From the human T2T-CHM13v2.0 reference genome, Homo sapiens: a DNA stretch of 64,000 bases. The position numbers and the translations under genes were made by a program. Below the pieces are notes generated by a model. The model searched no databases, was not told the origin of the DNA, and worked only from the letters and a program-made list of their open reading frames with translations. The stretch lies in assembly GCF_009914755.1 (NCBI RefSeq), contig NC_060925.1; one strand, 5' to 3'. Positions 1 to 15,799 of this stretch are shown one piece after another. Every line of letters starts with the position of its first letter. Within the stretch, counting starts at the first letter, position 1.

Positions 1-319
1 CTCACTTTCTCTCCCCAGCCAGTCCAGCCAAGCATGCAGCAGGCATACAACCAAGATAGCTGCTTCTTCCTGTCCTACCTCATCCCCTCTGACAGTTCCA
101 TAATAACCTGTGTACACTTTCTGGCACCCTTGCTTCTCCAGGTCACGCCTTCCAATGGAAGGGGAAGCAGTGACAAAGGTGAAAATCATGGCGGTAACAG
201 AAGTCATTTACAGTGCGGAGTCTCCAACCCACAATCACTGGGCATCCCATGGCTTTAAGGTATGATCCATTCTTGTGCCCACCTGCTTCCAGGTATCTCA
301 CAACTTTTTACTGAGGATT

Positions 320-1130
<811 letters not shown>

Positions 1131-2549
1131 CCATGGGAAGTTTTCACTGGTGAAACCCATTTCTGCTCCACTGCCTATCTCAGTGATCATGAGCTGCATT
1201 AATGACTTCTGCTTGAGTTCCACTCCTGCAAAATTATAGCTGATGCAGGAGAGGGCTATTTCCCAACTAGGTTATAATTCAGGTAAAAGATTCACCAGAG
1301 TGTGGCCACACTCTCATCTTCTTAGAAATCTGTCTTCGGGATCTCAGGACAAGCTTTCTAGACTGGGTTAAATGGGTTAAATTCATAATTCATATGGCAC
1401 CAACCAGGGTCCCAACCAAAACCAGTCTTTCAGTCTGTTTGCTGAAAGCCATGTCAGGTCCTACACAGAGACAGCTTCAAGGTGAGTTGTCTTACATAGT
1501 GATTATCTGAGATTAGTGTCATCTTCTATCTTCTTCTTTCAAGGATCTGAGTCCCATTTTCATAGGCCTGATTTTTGGTCTCAAACTCTATGTTGTGGTC
1601 TCCCACAGAGTCTGTCAAACATGATGCCAGTTCTCCAGAGGTGAGTGTCCGGTGTAGACCTCCATGTACCCCACATTTTCACATTGCCTTGTCTCACTCT
1701 GTAACCATGTTGTGGGTTTCTGTAAGATAGATTTGCTTCTCATATATTCCTGTGCTTGCCAAGTATAACTTACGACATTTGAGGATCGTCATTAAATGTT
1801 AGTTGAATTTCTGCTTAGGAAAGGCAGAAACAAGACCCAAGGTCTCATCCAGGTGCTTGTGGTTCAGGATCATAGCTAGTCCTGCCATTCCACCAGGACA
1901 CAGAAGCCTCTCCTGCATCACCTCCTTGGACACTACATGTTCCCGAGGAGACAAGATGGGGTAAGGGCTGTTCAGCTTTGAAGCTTATGTTTATGACACA
2001 GGAGGAGCAGAGGTCAACAAGCAATGTGTGAACACAGAGAATGGGCACTGTCATCTTCTATCTGCAGGAAGAAGGAGGGAAAAAGGGGGAAGCGGCAGCC
2101 AAGAACACCTAGGCAGCTCCAGGGTGTGCTGCTCCACTCTGCCCTTGGACATCAGAGTGGAACTTGGGCGATGCTGCCAACATGACATGTGCATTTTGCT
2201 AAATTTCTGAAGAAGGGTGGAGACAACAGTAGCAACAACCTAGTACTCAGGACCCAAATTTAGAAGGAAACATGGAGTCAGTCGGTCCACCTTTTAAACT
2301 TTCAGATGAGAACTTGTCTCTTCATAGATGAAGAGACAGAAATGTGCTCAAGGTCACATAATAGTTGGTGACCAACCACAGGGATGCTTTTGCTTTGAGA
2401 GATGCTGTAGGGTTGTCAGGCCTCTCTTTACAAAAAGACTCATAAGGAGTCTACATCCCCTAAATATAGACATAATGTGCCAGATAATCACAGATCATTT
2501 TTCTAAGCATGTACCTTACGCAAAGACACCCCTAAGACTAACCTCAAAC

Positions 2550-2620
2550 ATGCACACACACACACACAGACAAACAAACGTGCGCATACACATACACACA
2601 CACAGACACACGCACATACA
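2550..2620. repeat. Imperfect (CA)n microsatellite
   Basis: Directly visible. Confidence 0.8.
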
Positions 2621-2759
2621 TTACGAGCCTCTTCCAAGGAACTTGAACACAGCTCCAAACCCCTCCATTTCGGTGTGTTAGGAACAGTTCCAGAGAGGGT
2701 GGATTTGGCAGCAGGTGTGTGAATAGTGAAGTTATTCCTGCTTTCTTTTTTTTTTAATT

Positions 2760-3100
2760 TGTTGAGCAATTCTACCTTCATGTATTTAGGGTTTATCTAT
2801 CTGTGACCATCATTGTAAAAAGTGCTGAGATACGTAATGGAATAACTCTAATATAATATGGACATACTCTCCATCTTTGGGAGTTTGATAGTTTAATAGT
2901 CAACATCAGACCCAACATTCATGAAGCAGGGACAATGCAGAGTATGATTAAATGCTGGGCATCTGTGCTAGAGGAGCTCAGAGGTAGGTGAGGTTCCCAG
3001 TGGCTGAATGGGGATGGAGAAGAAGTCATGGAAGGGGTAAGGATGACAGGCCAGGAAGCTTCTACCCTCACAGAGGCAGAGGCAGAAATGGGTTCTACCC
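2760..3100 (-). mobile_element. L2 3' fragment
   Basis: Degenerate L2 motifs (gtgctgagatac, gagtttgatagtttaatag). Confidence 0.5.
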
Positions 3101-4499
3101 ATACCACAGCCACAGGAATGGAAGAAGGCAAAAATGGAATGTCAGGGAGCTATTGCTCCTGCCTTCAGGCCAAAGTCAGGGATCCCAGGCAAGACTTGGG
3201 ATGAGGAGACCTTGCTTGTCCCAACTAAATTCCTCAGTGGGGAGAATTAGTCTGTGTGCATTGTAAGTTAAAAAAGTGGAAACATACCTGCTCATTCCCT
3301 CAGGCAGAGGCTTAATTAACACAGAACTATAAAATGTAATGCTCAGTTCTTCAGAAGATAATGTTAGGTAGTAATTCTCAATTTGCATGGCACTGGGTTT
3401 AGAAACTTCATGAAGATTTATAGAAAGGGTGAAGCGCTGTTACAACTGCTAAATGAGAAAATGTAAATCTTGAGAATGAGTGGCAGGGGAGAATGGAGAA
3501 ATTATAAATCTGCCAAATGTTTGAGTCAACATCATATTGGAAGATAAATTGAAAACATCTGACTGTGAAAAAGCATGGTTGCAGACTGCACTGACAAGCT
3601 CTTGGTTAAGATGGTAGAGTATAAGAAGTTGAGAATCACTGCATTCAATGGTTCTGTCTTTGTGTCAAATTCCCGCTAGTCCAGAAAGGATTGCTTTTCT
3701 TAGTAGACTATATGAGTTGGTGAAAAAAGATCTCTATATAAAATAAACATAAAATGGAGATCAAATAATAAAATGTAGAAACCATACATAAACATCTGGA
3801 CCAAAAGTTTTAAAAAAAACAAACACGGAATCTCCTACAGACATTTCCAAATATGTAGTCACTTGATTGATTGACAGAATTCTCATTTCTTTCTTTCTAA
3901 GCACTGAGTATTTTATAGAAGTCACTTCCATTATAACACTTTTATTCATGTATATTTGCCCTGCATAATTTTCATCGTGGTAACATTTCTCCATCTTGAA
4001 AAAGCAATCAAAGGCGTCCTTGAAGGCTTCTTTTAGAAAATGCGCATTGCCCTTTAACAGTACAGCCATGATTAAATCAAATTGTAGGCAGAGGCTTATC
4101 CAAGCAAGTAATGGACAAAAAAACAAGTTATCTCACTCTTCTACTTTTGACCAGGTGTCCCTCATGCCACACCTCTCCACTTTCCAAAGCTACTAGTTAT
4201 TCTTAAGAACAGTTTCCCAGCACATAGAAGTATGTAGACTCTAAAGTTTAGAGAGTATAAATTATAGAGACATGATGGCAGTAGATCATTGTCTTCTCTT
4301 TTTCCTTGATAAAATATTTAAGTGACAAATTTTAAGATGGAATGAGAGGAAATCTGACAGGTAAATGCTCTGTAGCCATCTCAAGAAAGACAGATTGTTT
4401 TTGAATGTGGCCAAAAAAAAAAAATAAATAACCCTAAATATCCTGTTTAAATCAGTTTGCAAATTTTGAGATAAAAATACCAAAGAAGGAAATGATGGA

Positions 4500-4665
4500 T
4501 GTAGTTATGATACATGATCATTCAAATCACCTTAGTAATAGAGTAACCCACACACCTCCCTCTCCTAAACAGATGAGAACATTAAGGATCAGTGACGTAA
4601 AGTGACTCATCCTGACGCAAAATGAATTAGTAGCAAAGCTAGGGGTAGACCTCAGACCTCTTAAT
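4500..4665 (-). mobile_element. MIR fragment
   Basis: acagatgagaacattaagg...aagtgactc...ttagtagcaaagctaggg resembles the antisense MIR core. Confidence 0.65.
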
Positions 4666-4731
4666 TTTTTTTTTTTTTTTTGCATTTCTTCACCATACAT
4701 TACTCTTTAATAAGCTGGAATTGAATCCATC

Positions 4732-5076
4732 TGCTATGGTTTGAATGTTTGTCTCCTCCAAAACTCATGTGGAAATTTAGTTGCTATTGCACCAGTATTA
4801 AGAGGTGGGACCTTTAAGAGGTGATTAAGCCCTGAGAGCTGCACTCTCAGAGGTGGGACTGGTGCTGTATGAAAGGGCAAGTTTCACCCCATCCTGCTCC
4901 CTCTTGCCCATTTGCCTTCCATCATGGGATGACAATTTCAATCATGGGATGACACAGCAAGAAGATGACCCCTTAAACTTGGACTTCCCAGCCTCCAGAA
5001 TTGTGAGACCATATATTTCTTGTCATTATAAGTTACCTAGTATCAGGTATCAAGTAGCAAAAAATGAACTAAGACA
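4732..5076 (+). mobile_element. MaLR solo LTR, MST family (MSTB/C-like)
   Basis: Starts tgctatggtttgaatgtttg, ends gaactaagaca; 5-bp TSD ccatc/ccata. Confidence 0.85.
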
Positions 5077-5169
5077 CCATATAAACATCAAAGTAATTTA
5101 TTTGATTTGTTTGAAATCGAGTCATTTCTTCCCCCACCACATCCCCTGTACCTGTTCTGCCCCATCTAA

Positions 5170-5655
5170 AGTGTCCTAAGGCACAGATGTGATCATCCTG
5201 TTCTTTTGACAAAAACCAGTAACAGCTCCTTATTTGTGACTAGGAGAGACAGCCAAACTCCATAGGCTGGTTTCTCAGTAGCTCTTCCATTCTTCACAAT
5301 GCCTTTTCACTTGGAGTGTTTTCCAACCAAACAAAGCCACCTGCTGCTATACAGCCTCCTGTACTCTTCCTATTCATTCCTCCTGAAAAGCCCCCGCCAC
5401 AGTCTTCTCCGGTGAAAATTCCGTTTGTCCTTAAGGCCAGACCACATACTGCCCCCTACAGGCAGCCTTCCAGGACTCAGCTTTACGCAATTGCTCATTC
5501 TGCTTTGCTTGTTTCTCTGTATCAGCTTTTATTACTGTCTGCCACCTGCTAGTTTGCAAGTTCTTTGAGGGAAAATTCCTCTGCTACTTATGCTACAATT
5601 CCTGTGCTTTGTACAGCACATAGTAGGTTTTCAGTTAAAAACAATTGTTGAAAAA
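5170..5655 (+). mobile_element. L2 3' end
   Basis: caagttctttgaggg...cacatagtagg...ttgttgaa, typical L2 terminus. Confidence 0.6.
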
Positions 5656-6599
5656 GTAAATGTGTAGTTTAATTAAAACTATAACAATCTCACCTTCCCC
5701 TACCCAAGAATCAGTGAATTCCCATGAAAATAATCCAAAATTGGGTCTTGGTAAACAGGTAATTATCTTTTTTATATAGTAAACTTGTTTTGCACAATCT
5801 CTGCATAACCCTAGTCTCTCAGCAAAACTCTCAGTAACTGGAAATTTAAAGTCAATTTTAGATTCAAAAGCGACACATTCCTCTGGGGAAAAAAATAGAC
5901 AATTCTACACTGAATTACCCAGTTATACACAGAGTCACGGTTTGTCACCATTCATTCATTTCAATGATGCCACAATGCCAAAGAAATGTTCTATTCCAGA
6001 ACTTATTAAATGTCATTAAATACACTATATGCTTCTGAAAGTACTTATTTACATTTAATATCAAGACATGTCCTTTGGATATTACCAAATAATAGTTTTT
6101 GGAAGAAAATACCAGATAAAGAAGGGAGTTGGGGTGGGGGCAGAGGGTGTGCACTATACTGCCTGTTTAATATGAGGCTACGATGCTACCAAATTCAGCA
6201 GTTAAATTTCTGGGGACACAAAATTATCCTCATGGCACATCTCTTTTGCAGTTAATAAATATAGATTGTAGACAACAACGGTGCATAGTTAGTCTAATAG
6301 AGAAAGCACTTAGTACCTCCAAATCAGGGGTTGGCCCTCTGTTTTATCCAAGAAAAAAGACAAGACCTATAAAATGTGGCCTGGCTGGTCATTTTCCTCT
6401 TTTTTCCTTTTTCTCCTTTATGATGATCTTATTAGTCCCTATTTTCAGGTGCCTGGCCTGAGAAACATTCTTTTTTTTTTAACTGGATGTTTGTACTTAC
6501 AAATTAGCAATACTGTTGTAAGGTATAAAATAAATTTAAGTGCAGTACATCTAATCCCTCCTCCTGAAACATTTTGAATTTTACATACTTCTTAAAATG

Positions 6600-6706
6600 G
6601 GAAAGAAAGAAAGAGAGAAGGGAGAAAAGGAAGGAAGGAAGGAAGGGAGGAAGGGAGGGAGGTAGGCAGCGAAAAGAGAGGGAGGAAGAAGAAGGAAAGA
6701 AAGAAG
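6600..6706. repeat. Purine-rich (GGAA/GAAA) low-complexity tract
   Basis: Directly visible; similar tract resumes at 6870-6912. Confidence 0.85.
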
Positions 6707-6707
6707 G

Positions 6708-6860
6708 GGCTGGGCATGGTGGTGCATGCCTGTTAGCTCAGCACTTTGGGAAGCTGAGGCAGGCAGATTGCTTGAGCCCAGGAGTTTGAGAGTAGCCTGG
6801 GCAACATGGCAAGACCCTGTCTCTATAAAAAATAAATACATAAATCAATAAAATTTTACA
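6708..6860 (+). mobile_element. Alu monomer (FLAM_C-like)
   Basis: Single left-arm-type monomer ending gaccctgtctctataaaaaat; possible TSD gaaggaaagaaagaag at 6691 and 6877. Confidence 0.85.
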
Positions 6861-7762
6861 AATTTTAAAAAGGAAGGAAGGAAAGAAAGAAGAGAAGAAA
6901 AGAAAAAAGAAATCATGGCCCAGCAGGACAAAGCTAGAATGGTGTAGGTGTACCATCAGCTGTCTGGAGTTAGTGTGTTAAATCAGTGGTTATTCAGTCC
7001 ACCTTTCTATAAGGCATATTTTGAACATGGAAAATAGGGCTGAGAAAAGCCACTTCCTAATGGGCAGTGCTTGTGGGCAAAGTTCTACCACTATCCATTG
7101 CCCCATTCTGTAAGGATGTAAGGAGGGAGTAAATGAAGACATGGTGTGTCACTTCTGAAAGGTTGCCAAGGGCTGTGTCATCCCTGGAGCTCTAGATTTG
7201 TGTTCTGCCTCATCCAAATGAATGCTCTCTTAGTGGGACTTGTAAAGCTAGAGCTTTCATACACACTTTCCTCCCAGATCTGGCAGGCCAGCTATACCGC
7301 ATCCAATCAATTGTGATCCAAGCTGATTCTACTTAAAAACACCTCCCAATTAGCATGCATCAACATGGTACAAGAAAGAATTCCAAACAGATCAATTAGA
7401 GAGCTGCATTGTGAAGAATTCATTTCCCAAGGGTCTCATTTTTTTGTCCTTTGTGAGTTGGAAAACAATTTATATTGTTTTTCTGTAAAAGATGACCCCT
7501 CTAAAAATATGAAATGATCTAATTATTGATTTTGAATGCTACATTTTTTTCTCTGTCTGACAGTCATTATCTACCAGACTGTGAATTGTATAACTCATCT
7601 CGTTACCCTGCACTCTTCCCCCAGGATAATGCATACATCACAGACTATTATGACCTACGTGTGTCTACATGTAGCCCAGGCATTAAAAACACAAATAACC
7701 TCAGTCCAATATTTAGGAACTTGAAAGTAATCACAGAATAGGAAAACATTAGCATCAAGGTT

Positions 7763-7883
7763 ATATGTATGTATATATATATATATGTACACACACACAC
7801 ACACATACATACACACACACTTATAGATACATATACGTATATATACATACACACACACACACACACACACATATATGTATGTA
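7763..7883. repeat. Compound (TA)n/(CA)n microsatellite
   Basis: Directly visible. Confidence 0.9.
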
Positions 7884-8170
7884 GGCCCGCCGCAGTGGCT
7901 CACGCCTATAATCCCAGCACTTCGGGAAGCTGAGGGGGTGTGGCTCACCTGAGGTCAGGAGTTCATAGACGAGCCAGGGCAACATGGCAAAACCCCATCT
8001 CTACAAAAAATACAAAAATTAGCCAGGTGCAGTGGCACGTGCCTGTAGTCCCAGCTATTCAGGAGGCTGAGGAAGGAGAGTCACTTGAACCCGGGAGGTG
8101 GAGGCTGCAGTGAGCCGAGATTGTGCCACTGCACTACAGCTTGGGTGACAAAGCTAGACTCTATCTCAAA
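7884..8170 (+). mobile_element. Alu (old S or Jb-like), short tail
   Basis: Complete dimer with A-rich linker. Confidence 0.92.
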
Positions 8171-8245
8171 ATTTATATATAGATGTGTGTATGTACAAAA
8201 ATAATAATGCCTTGAATATATTGTATCTTTCTTCGAAATACTTCA

Positions 8246-8660
<415 letters not shown>

Positions 8661-9004
8661 TTACAATTATTAGCACTCTGATTTTAATCAGTCATTGATT
8701 TACCTGTTTTTAAGCATTGTATTTTAGAATACCTACATGGAAAAGAATAGCTGTATGTGGATTTTTTCAGTCTATGCTTCTTCTTTCAATTCTTCTTGAT
8801 AAATGAGATCTACTTTCTTCGGGACAAATAACCACTTCTTTAAAATTCGAGTCTTTTCTAAAAATATGTTCACGTTTTTCTCAGACTTAATTCCACCTGA
8901 GCTATGGTTCTTCCTTCTTATATGGAGAAGGTGAATAGTTTATCATTCCCAGCTGAAAGAAACTCATGTGGGGCTACTGGTAGATGATTAAAAGTAGAAA
9001 AAGC

Positions 9005-9432
<428 letters not shown>

Positions 9433-11109
9433 TTATTTGCGGTGATTCCAGCCCTCCTCAAAGGATTTGACTGTAAAATTGCTGTGTAGATGAATAAAGA
9501 TATTAATCTTCGCCAGTCTGCCTTGCTGCAGTTTTTTTCTGAAGAAGTTGGAGAAACCCTTTTCATTTGGGTTATGTTTTAGTGGAGATTTTAAGCACAC
9601 AGTAATTTTCAATGTTAAAGGACTCAAATCTGTGATTGACCAGATTGCTTTGAGACTCCTTTCATTGCTTCTATTCTGAAAAAGTTCTTACCTCTCGAGG
9701 TTTTAGATGACTTATTTCTACTATTGTCTTCTCATTTTTCTGTGGTTTTCTTTTTAATAGTTAATTCACTTTTTTCCAGTTCTAATTTACTTTTTGTATG
9801 TCTGTACTATTTTTTTTCCAAAATGCTTATAGTTTTTATGCTACTGTATATGGAGAGTGGAGAATCTCACATTTTTCCATTGAACTGTAATGCTTTTTTT
9901 TTTAACCATACATTGAGTTATTATATATAAGAATCAGACTTCTGCAAGAATATTACTTCTTCCTCTTTTGAAACCTTGCCGCATCACATACTTTGTTTTA
10001 TTTCTCTAAAAAATTGTCTTATGCCCTGAGATTGTAACCTTTTCCAGGGCTTAGGGACTATATCCTTTTGAATCCTCTTATTTTTATCTTGATATTTAGG
10101 CCTCAACTCACAGTATGTTGTTTGAGTTGTATTCGGACAACATACATCAAAACATACAAGGATAGAGGAAGGGAAAGACAGGTGTTGTAAAAAATGCTTT
10201 TCCTGAAAGCAGAGTCAAGGCTGCTAGTTGAGTTCCTTGGCTGCTGATCTGCAGAACAGCTTGGAATACCATCTTTGGGCTTCTAGAGAGACCTGCCTTT
10301 ATCAGATTGTCCTGAACAAACAGGGACCCAGGAGAACCTGTGACCCTGAGCCCTTCCTAGCCCTCCCGTCACACTTAACTTGATCCTCCTACTCCAGCCT
10401 TTCCATTTGAATCTAAATGGCAGTACCAGTTAGGATACCAGGCAGAGTCCTGAGGGAGCTCAGCGCAACACTGATACCCTCAAAGTCACCTCAATTGCTT
10501 CCCCAACCCCCATACTTTATGTAACTAGACTAAGATAATTCCACATCCATTAAACTTCGTTTTTGGGCAATGGAAGTGCAGTGACAAACTGCGGCCCGAG
10601 TCCTGGAATAACAATCAGCTCTACCATTTCTTGTGCAGTTTTTGTGAGCCATCAACTATTCAGTCTTTTGGTAGAGGCTTTTCTTTCTATAGACTTACAT
10701 GCTTTGGCCATGTGTTATCTTAGGAAAGATATTTCTATATTTGTCATCCTTTCTGGCCAGAGGTACCTCGAGCCGTTAATATTAGAACCAAATTCCTTCA
10801 AACTTCATAAACCTTGGTATAGAATGATACTAGACAGCCTCAATTCCCCTTATAAGAAATATGCTTAATATTCTAAGTCCCAAAAAGGATAATCCTCACT
10901 GGGGAAGCTCAGGTAACATTGTGCTCCATCTCAATTTCGTAAGGGATGACTGCAAATTGAGTCCTGCTCGCTAAGGTTGTGTAGAGTGAGCCTGGGTTGA
11001 GTAAGTGTAGCACATCCTTGATCTGCCTCCTCTGCCCTTGGAACATGGAAAGTTATCAAATTGTCTTTAAAATGCTTGCAAACAGTACACTGGAATTTGG
11101 AAAAAGTGA

Positions 11110-11330
11110 AATGGCTTAGGAAAATTAGATTCTAGTGGGTTTGTGTTTGAATCCATATTCTACCTTGTTGAGCGACAGACTTGGGCTAGTTACTTCATCT
11201 CTCTGAGCCTTGGTCTCTGAATCTGTTAAAAAGAATAATGGCTACCTTAATGGGTTGTTGTGAAAAATTAGTCATATGTGTTGGAAATGCCTGGCCCATA
11301 GTAAGCTCTCAATGTGATGTGGCTATTATT
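11110..11330 (+). mobile_element. MIR
   Basis: ttgggctagttacttcatctctctgagcc...catagtaagctctcaat. Confidence 0.8.
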
Positions 11331-12619
11331 AGGATTGGAGTAAGTAGGGTTTATTAGACGTTCTTGGATGGTGTCGGCAGAGATCAGTGAGGATGAGTAT
11401 CAAGTTCTTCCTGGTGTTCCCTAGGCCACTGCCAGAGTGAGGACACAGGATAGTATGGGCCATTAGGTTGCTCCAGCATTTTTTGGTGTTAGGAAGGGTT
11501 AGTGTGACATTTGATGGTAAAGACCAGAAATTGTAGCCAACAGCTATGCTAGATAGCTGGGGTCTAGCCAAGTTTGTGGTGTTCCTACTCATCCCACCTT
11601 GCTCAGTACGTCTTTCAAGGATTCTTCTCTCCAGGTGCAGTGCTGAGGGTCAAGGCTGGTTGCAATACAAGAAGAAGAAGAAGCAGGCATGTGTGGTCTT
11701 AGATGGCTAGGGCCACCTGACAGAGTCTCGTGGGCCATTCCCAGAGAAAAGTAAAGGGGCAGCTCACATCTACCCACATTGAGGCCTGGTGCCTCCTTTG
11801 GTAGAGAGGTAGAGAGCCTTGTTCAGCCACTTGGCCTTATCTTTATTAATAGAAACTTTGGTAATATCATCTGGGAGAAAAATAAAAATGCTGGCTAAAG
11901 AGGACATGTATTTTAAGATGATACAGTTTATATTTAGCAAGTGGGATTACACTCCTTGAGAGACATGAAAGAAGAGGAAGCGAGATTAGACCTGAGCATC
12001 TGGCCTGGGCAAATGTCATCTCCCAAAGTGGCCGTGCCCATGACAGGTTCACACCAGTGCTGAGGAGAGCTCTGAGGACTGTGCGACACTCACAGCTAAT
12101 CCAACACCCAGTTTCTCTACTGCCCAAAGAGCTGAGGGGTGATAACCAAAGTCAGGGCTGCACCTAGGAGGGAGAGTGAGTCAGGCCATGGTACACATTC
12201 ATGGGGCAAAATACCTGTGCACTTACCTAGGAGTGATTTTGGACAATGTGAAATAACCCGATGGATGTCAGGGCCTTGAGATATAGCATACCTCACCTCT
12301 GAGGTACAGATTATTATTCTATATTAAAGTGCTCTAAGAACTGACATCATTGTTTGAAGAAGAGCTGGGTGATGTGCAAACTTGGCATGCAACTATCACC
12401 CATCAATGAAGAAAGTGTAATCTGTTGTTGGATAACTTTTCAATTAAAACTTCCTTACTGTTTTCCCTAAAGTTGAATTGCCACAAAAACAACAATGCTC
12501 ACCCACATATTTTGAGCTGCTTTCCATTTATCTCATTTTATTCCCATAATATCCATGTAAAACTTGTTGAATAGCCTTTGACACTTTAATATCAGTTACT
12601 AATACAGTCATTATAGAAT

Positions 12620-12970
12620 TTTTTAATCTAAAAAATTATATTAAAATATAAAAAAACCCTTCCACTCACAGAAAACCACTGTTAATATTTTAGTGAGTCT
12701 ATTTTCAATATATTTTCATGCATATTTTAAGTAGTTTAGATATGATGCATAAAATGTTGTACACCATTTTTCAGCTAATATTCTACTATAGATGTTTACC
12801 ATGCAAAGAGCTTATGTATGCAAAATTTACAAATATAATTTTAAAGCTGCAAAGTATTGCATTGAGGGATGTGCCATAATATTCTTAATAAATTCTCAAT
12901 TTCTGGAACTTACTGATCACCAATATTTTCTCTTACACTGTTTCAGTAAAAACTTCTGTGGATACATCAT
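12620..12970 (-). mobile_element. Ancient L1ME-type 3' fragment
   Basis: AT-rich; aaccactgttaatattttag and gtattgcattg...tgtgccataat motifs. Confidence 0.5.
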
Positions 12971-13259
12971 GGTCTGAGGTGAGCTCTAGGAGCTTGCTTT
13001 TACAAATGAGAAAGCACAAGTGCAGACACTTGGTCACCTCCTCTATGCATGCTTAGCCTGCAAAAGTGCAACAGCAATGAAAGCACAACTTTTTCTCATG
13101 CCTGAATCATTACAAAGAGGCAAACGGAAAGAAGAATGTCAACCCAGCCAAGGGAATAAAGCAATCAGAGAATTATAGACCCGAGTTTGTACCTGCAATC
13201 ATATTCATAAGCTTACAACTAGATCAAAACTAAGAAAAACATTTCAGACCATTTTAGAC

Positions 13260-13360
13260 CAGTGGTTACTAATCTGTTTATTAAAACTAAATAGTTAAGA
13301 ATTTATTAAAACTAAATCAGTAGGGCAAAGACAGAGCCTGAAAATCTGTATTAAACAAAA
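13260..13360. mobile_element. MER5A-like hAT MITE fragment containing a 16-bp direct repeat
   Basis: cagtggtt start and gagcctgaaaatctgtatt; tttattaaaactaaat at 13277 and 13302. Confidence 0.45.
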
Positions 13361-15799
13361 GGAAGGAAGAAAAGAAAAGAAAAAGCAGATTTCCCTTTCC
13401 CTTTGCAGCAAACTTGCTAGCATTGCTTTGAACTTACTCAGTAACCTCAAATTGCCAACTTTGAAAAGATGATTGCCAGGTTCTATTTGTCCCTCAACCC
13501 TGGGATGGTCAATACAGCAAGATCAATGTCACCAAGGCAGATGGGCCAGTGGGCCTCCCATGGAGAGTGCTGAGGCTCCAGTGAGTCTCCTGCCAAAAGG
13601 AAGAGCCAGCAGATGGATGGAACATGCAGCAGTCTGAACTCAGGTGTGGGCACATGCTTGGTAGCTCCTGCCCACACATAGAGGGGACCTGCTGACCACA
13701 TCCCAGAGGCCTCTCTTGATGCCCATAGTTAGCATCCATTTTGTGTCAAGGATGTAGAAAAGAGCTGGCCCTGTAACCCCAGCTTACATAGAAATAAGCT
13801 GGTAAAGGTTACCTGGAGGCTACAACAAACAGCTGGATATGGCTGGAGTTGAGCTTAGCAGCATCTCATTAGTGTGTTTTGGCGCCACACAGATGATTCC
13901 AAATACGGCCATGGTGAAAAGATTAGTGCATAGGCTGGAAAATTTGGGTCAACCAGAAGCGTATAGTTTGGGAGAGTTGTGTTAGGGTCAGCTTTTCGCA
14001 CTTTTAAAGATGACATCAGAGTTTTCTGGGCTTATGTTCTCCTAATGACTTCCAGACCGAGCGTGCTCCATGTGCAGCCCAGAGGATGAAGCCTCCAGAT
14101 GCTGCTAAGGAGCCCACCTGGGACTGACTCACCCAGCTGGATTTCCCTTCTAACATCATGGTTTGTCATGAAAACAGGTCAGGTCTGCCTCTGAGGTTGT
14201 GCAGACAGCTGAAGGATGATTCAGGGAGCAGATCCCAGCTCATTCTCAATTCTCCTATCAGCTGGCCAGCTTGGGCCCTGAGATGGAATGATTGCCTGGC
14301 TTTGTGTGGCCATGAAAAGAAACAGATGCAATTCCCTCTTGCATAGTGAGGCTCTGCTGAGTGCTCGATGCATGGAAAGATCAGATGCCTCCAGGCAAAG
14401 TGGGATATGCTTGTCTTGCCTGGAAATGTATTGCCATGGCATTTGGAGTCACCCAACACCAATGGCATCCATCTAGAATAAGCAATGGAGATAATGCTAA
14501 GAGGCACAGTTCAGGAGGAAAGGGTGGCTTTCCCATTTTTGGTAGACAATGAAGATGTCTATGATGTGACATCCCCACGAGGAGCATCTCTTCTTGGGTG
14601 ACAGGGAAGAGAACAATGAGAGCCACAGAAAAAGGAAAATGGGAAGATGCATGCACCCGGGGGTAAAGGCCATATTGGAGTGGAATCATTGGGACACATG
14701 TTTACTACTGTTCTACCTTGCCTGAAAAAACCCATCATGTCACCTGGCAGGCACTTGCTTGATACCATGTGAAAACTTCTTTCCCCACTAGTTTAAATAG
14801 CAGGCGTTCACCTAAAACCAATAGAGATAATAGGCTGGAATCCTGGGCTTACCATTCTACTGGCAGGGGAGTCACCTCTGCATCCTCTTTCAGCCACGTT
14901 GCATGTTTGCCATCATCTGTAGTTTTTATCTAACCCACCCCATGATCATGCCATATGCCTTGTGGGCACTGGAGTTTTGCTGTGTGTTTAGGACCCTGAC
15001 ATTTTGTGTTTTTAGGACCTGGGTTTTATTTAACCACCCTTTTCTATGGTTCTAGGATTGTCCAATTTTGTCTCCTTCTCTTCTCTCTCTCCATACTCCT
15101 CCTACCCTTAACTTCATTTTCTTAATCACCTCCAAAACTCTCCTTGCTCACTTTTTATTCCAAGGACTTGTCTTTAGAATTCTAGTCTCCCTCTTTCTCC
15201 CTGTACTATCATGTTATGAGGTCAGAATTGTGCCAACCTACAGGAATGTTTTCACCTTAAAAGCCTATCATTGTGGGTGAAATAGACACTGTAACTACAA
15301 AGGCCAGACTTTTATACACACATGCACACACATATATACATACTGTTTCCAGGATATTGAATGTCTTGCAGCAACAAAATGCCACTGTTGCTATCGTGAA
15401 ACAGACTTGAGGAAGCCTAGAGGCAAAGGCAAACATTTCATACCCACATTACAATACTGTTCCTGGCTGACAGCTTGTTCCCCACTGACCTAGGGCTCAT
15501 TCTCTAGCTGAACCATGGCCCATCACTGGGGCAGATTCTGATCAGCCAGGATGGTGGAAATTGACTAGTGGCTCATGAGTGGTTGGTCTCATCTGAGTCT
15601 GAGGAGGTGCTTCATTCTTGCTATGCACAACTTAAAATCCAAGAATTGTGAGATATTCATAAAGCAAGATGTCGCTTTGACACAGAAGGCAAAGTTTAAG
15701 AGCCTATTAAAGACCATACTCTATTAGTTCCTTAAATATGTCCTTATTCAAGTCACTATGGTAATTCTCTGGTATTATCCCTTATGAATAGCTATTCAT

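Noticed and set aside
6625-6660. GGAA microsatellite as an EWS-FLI1 response element
   Set aside because: Only about four consecutive GGAA units, then interrupted
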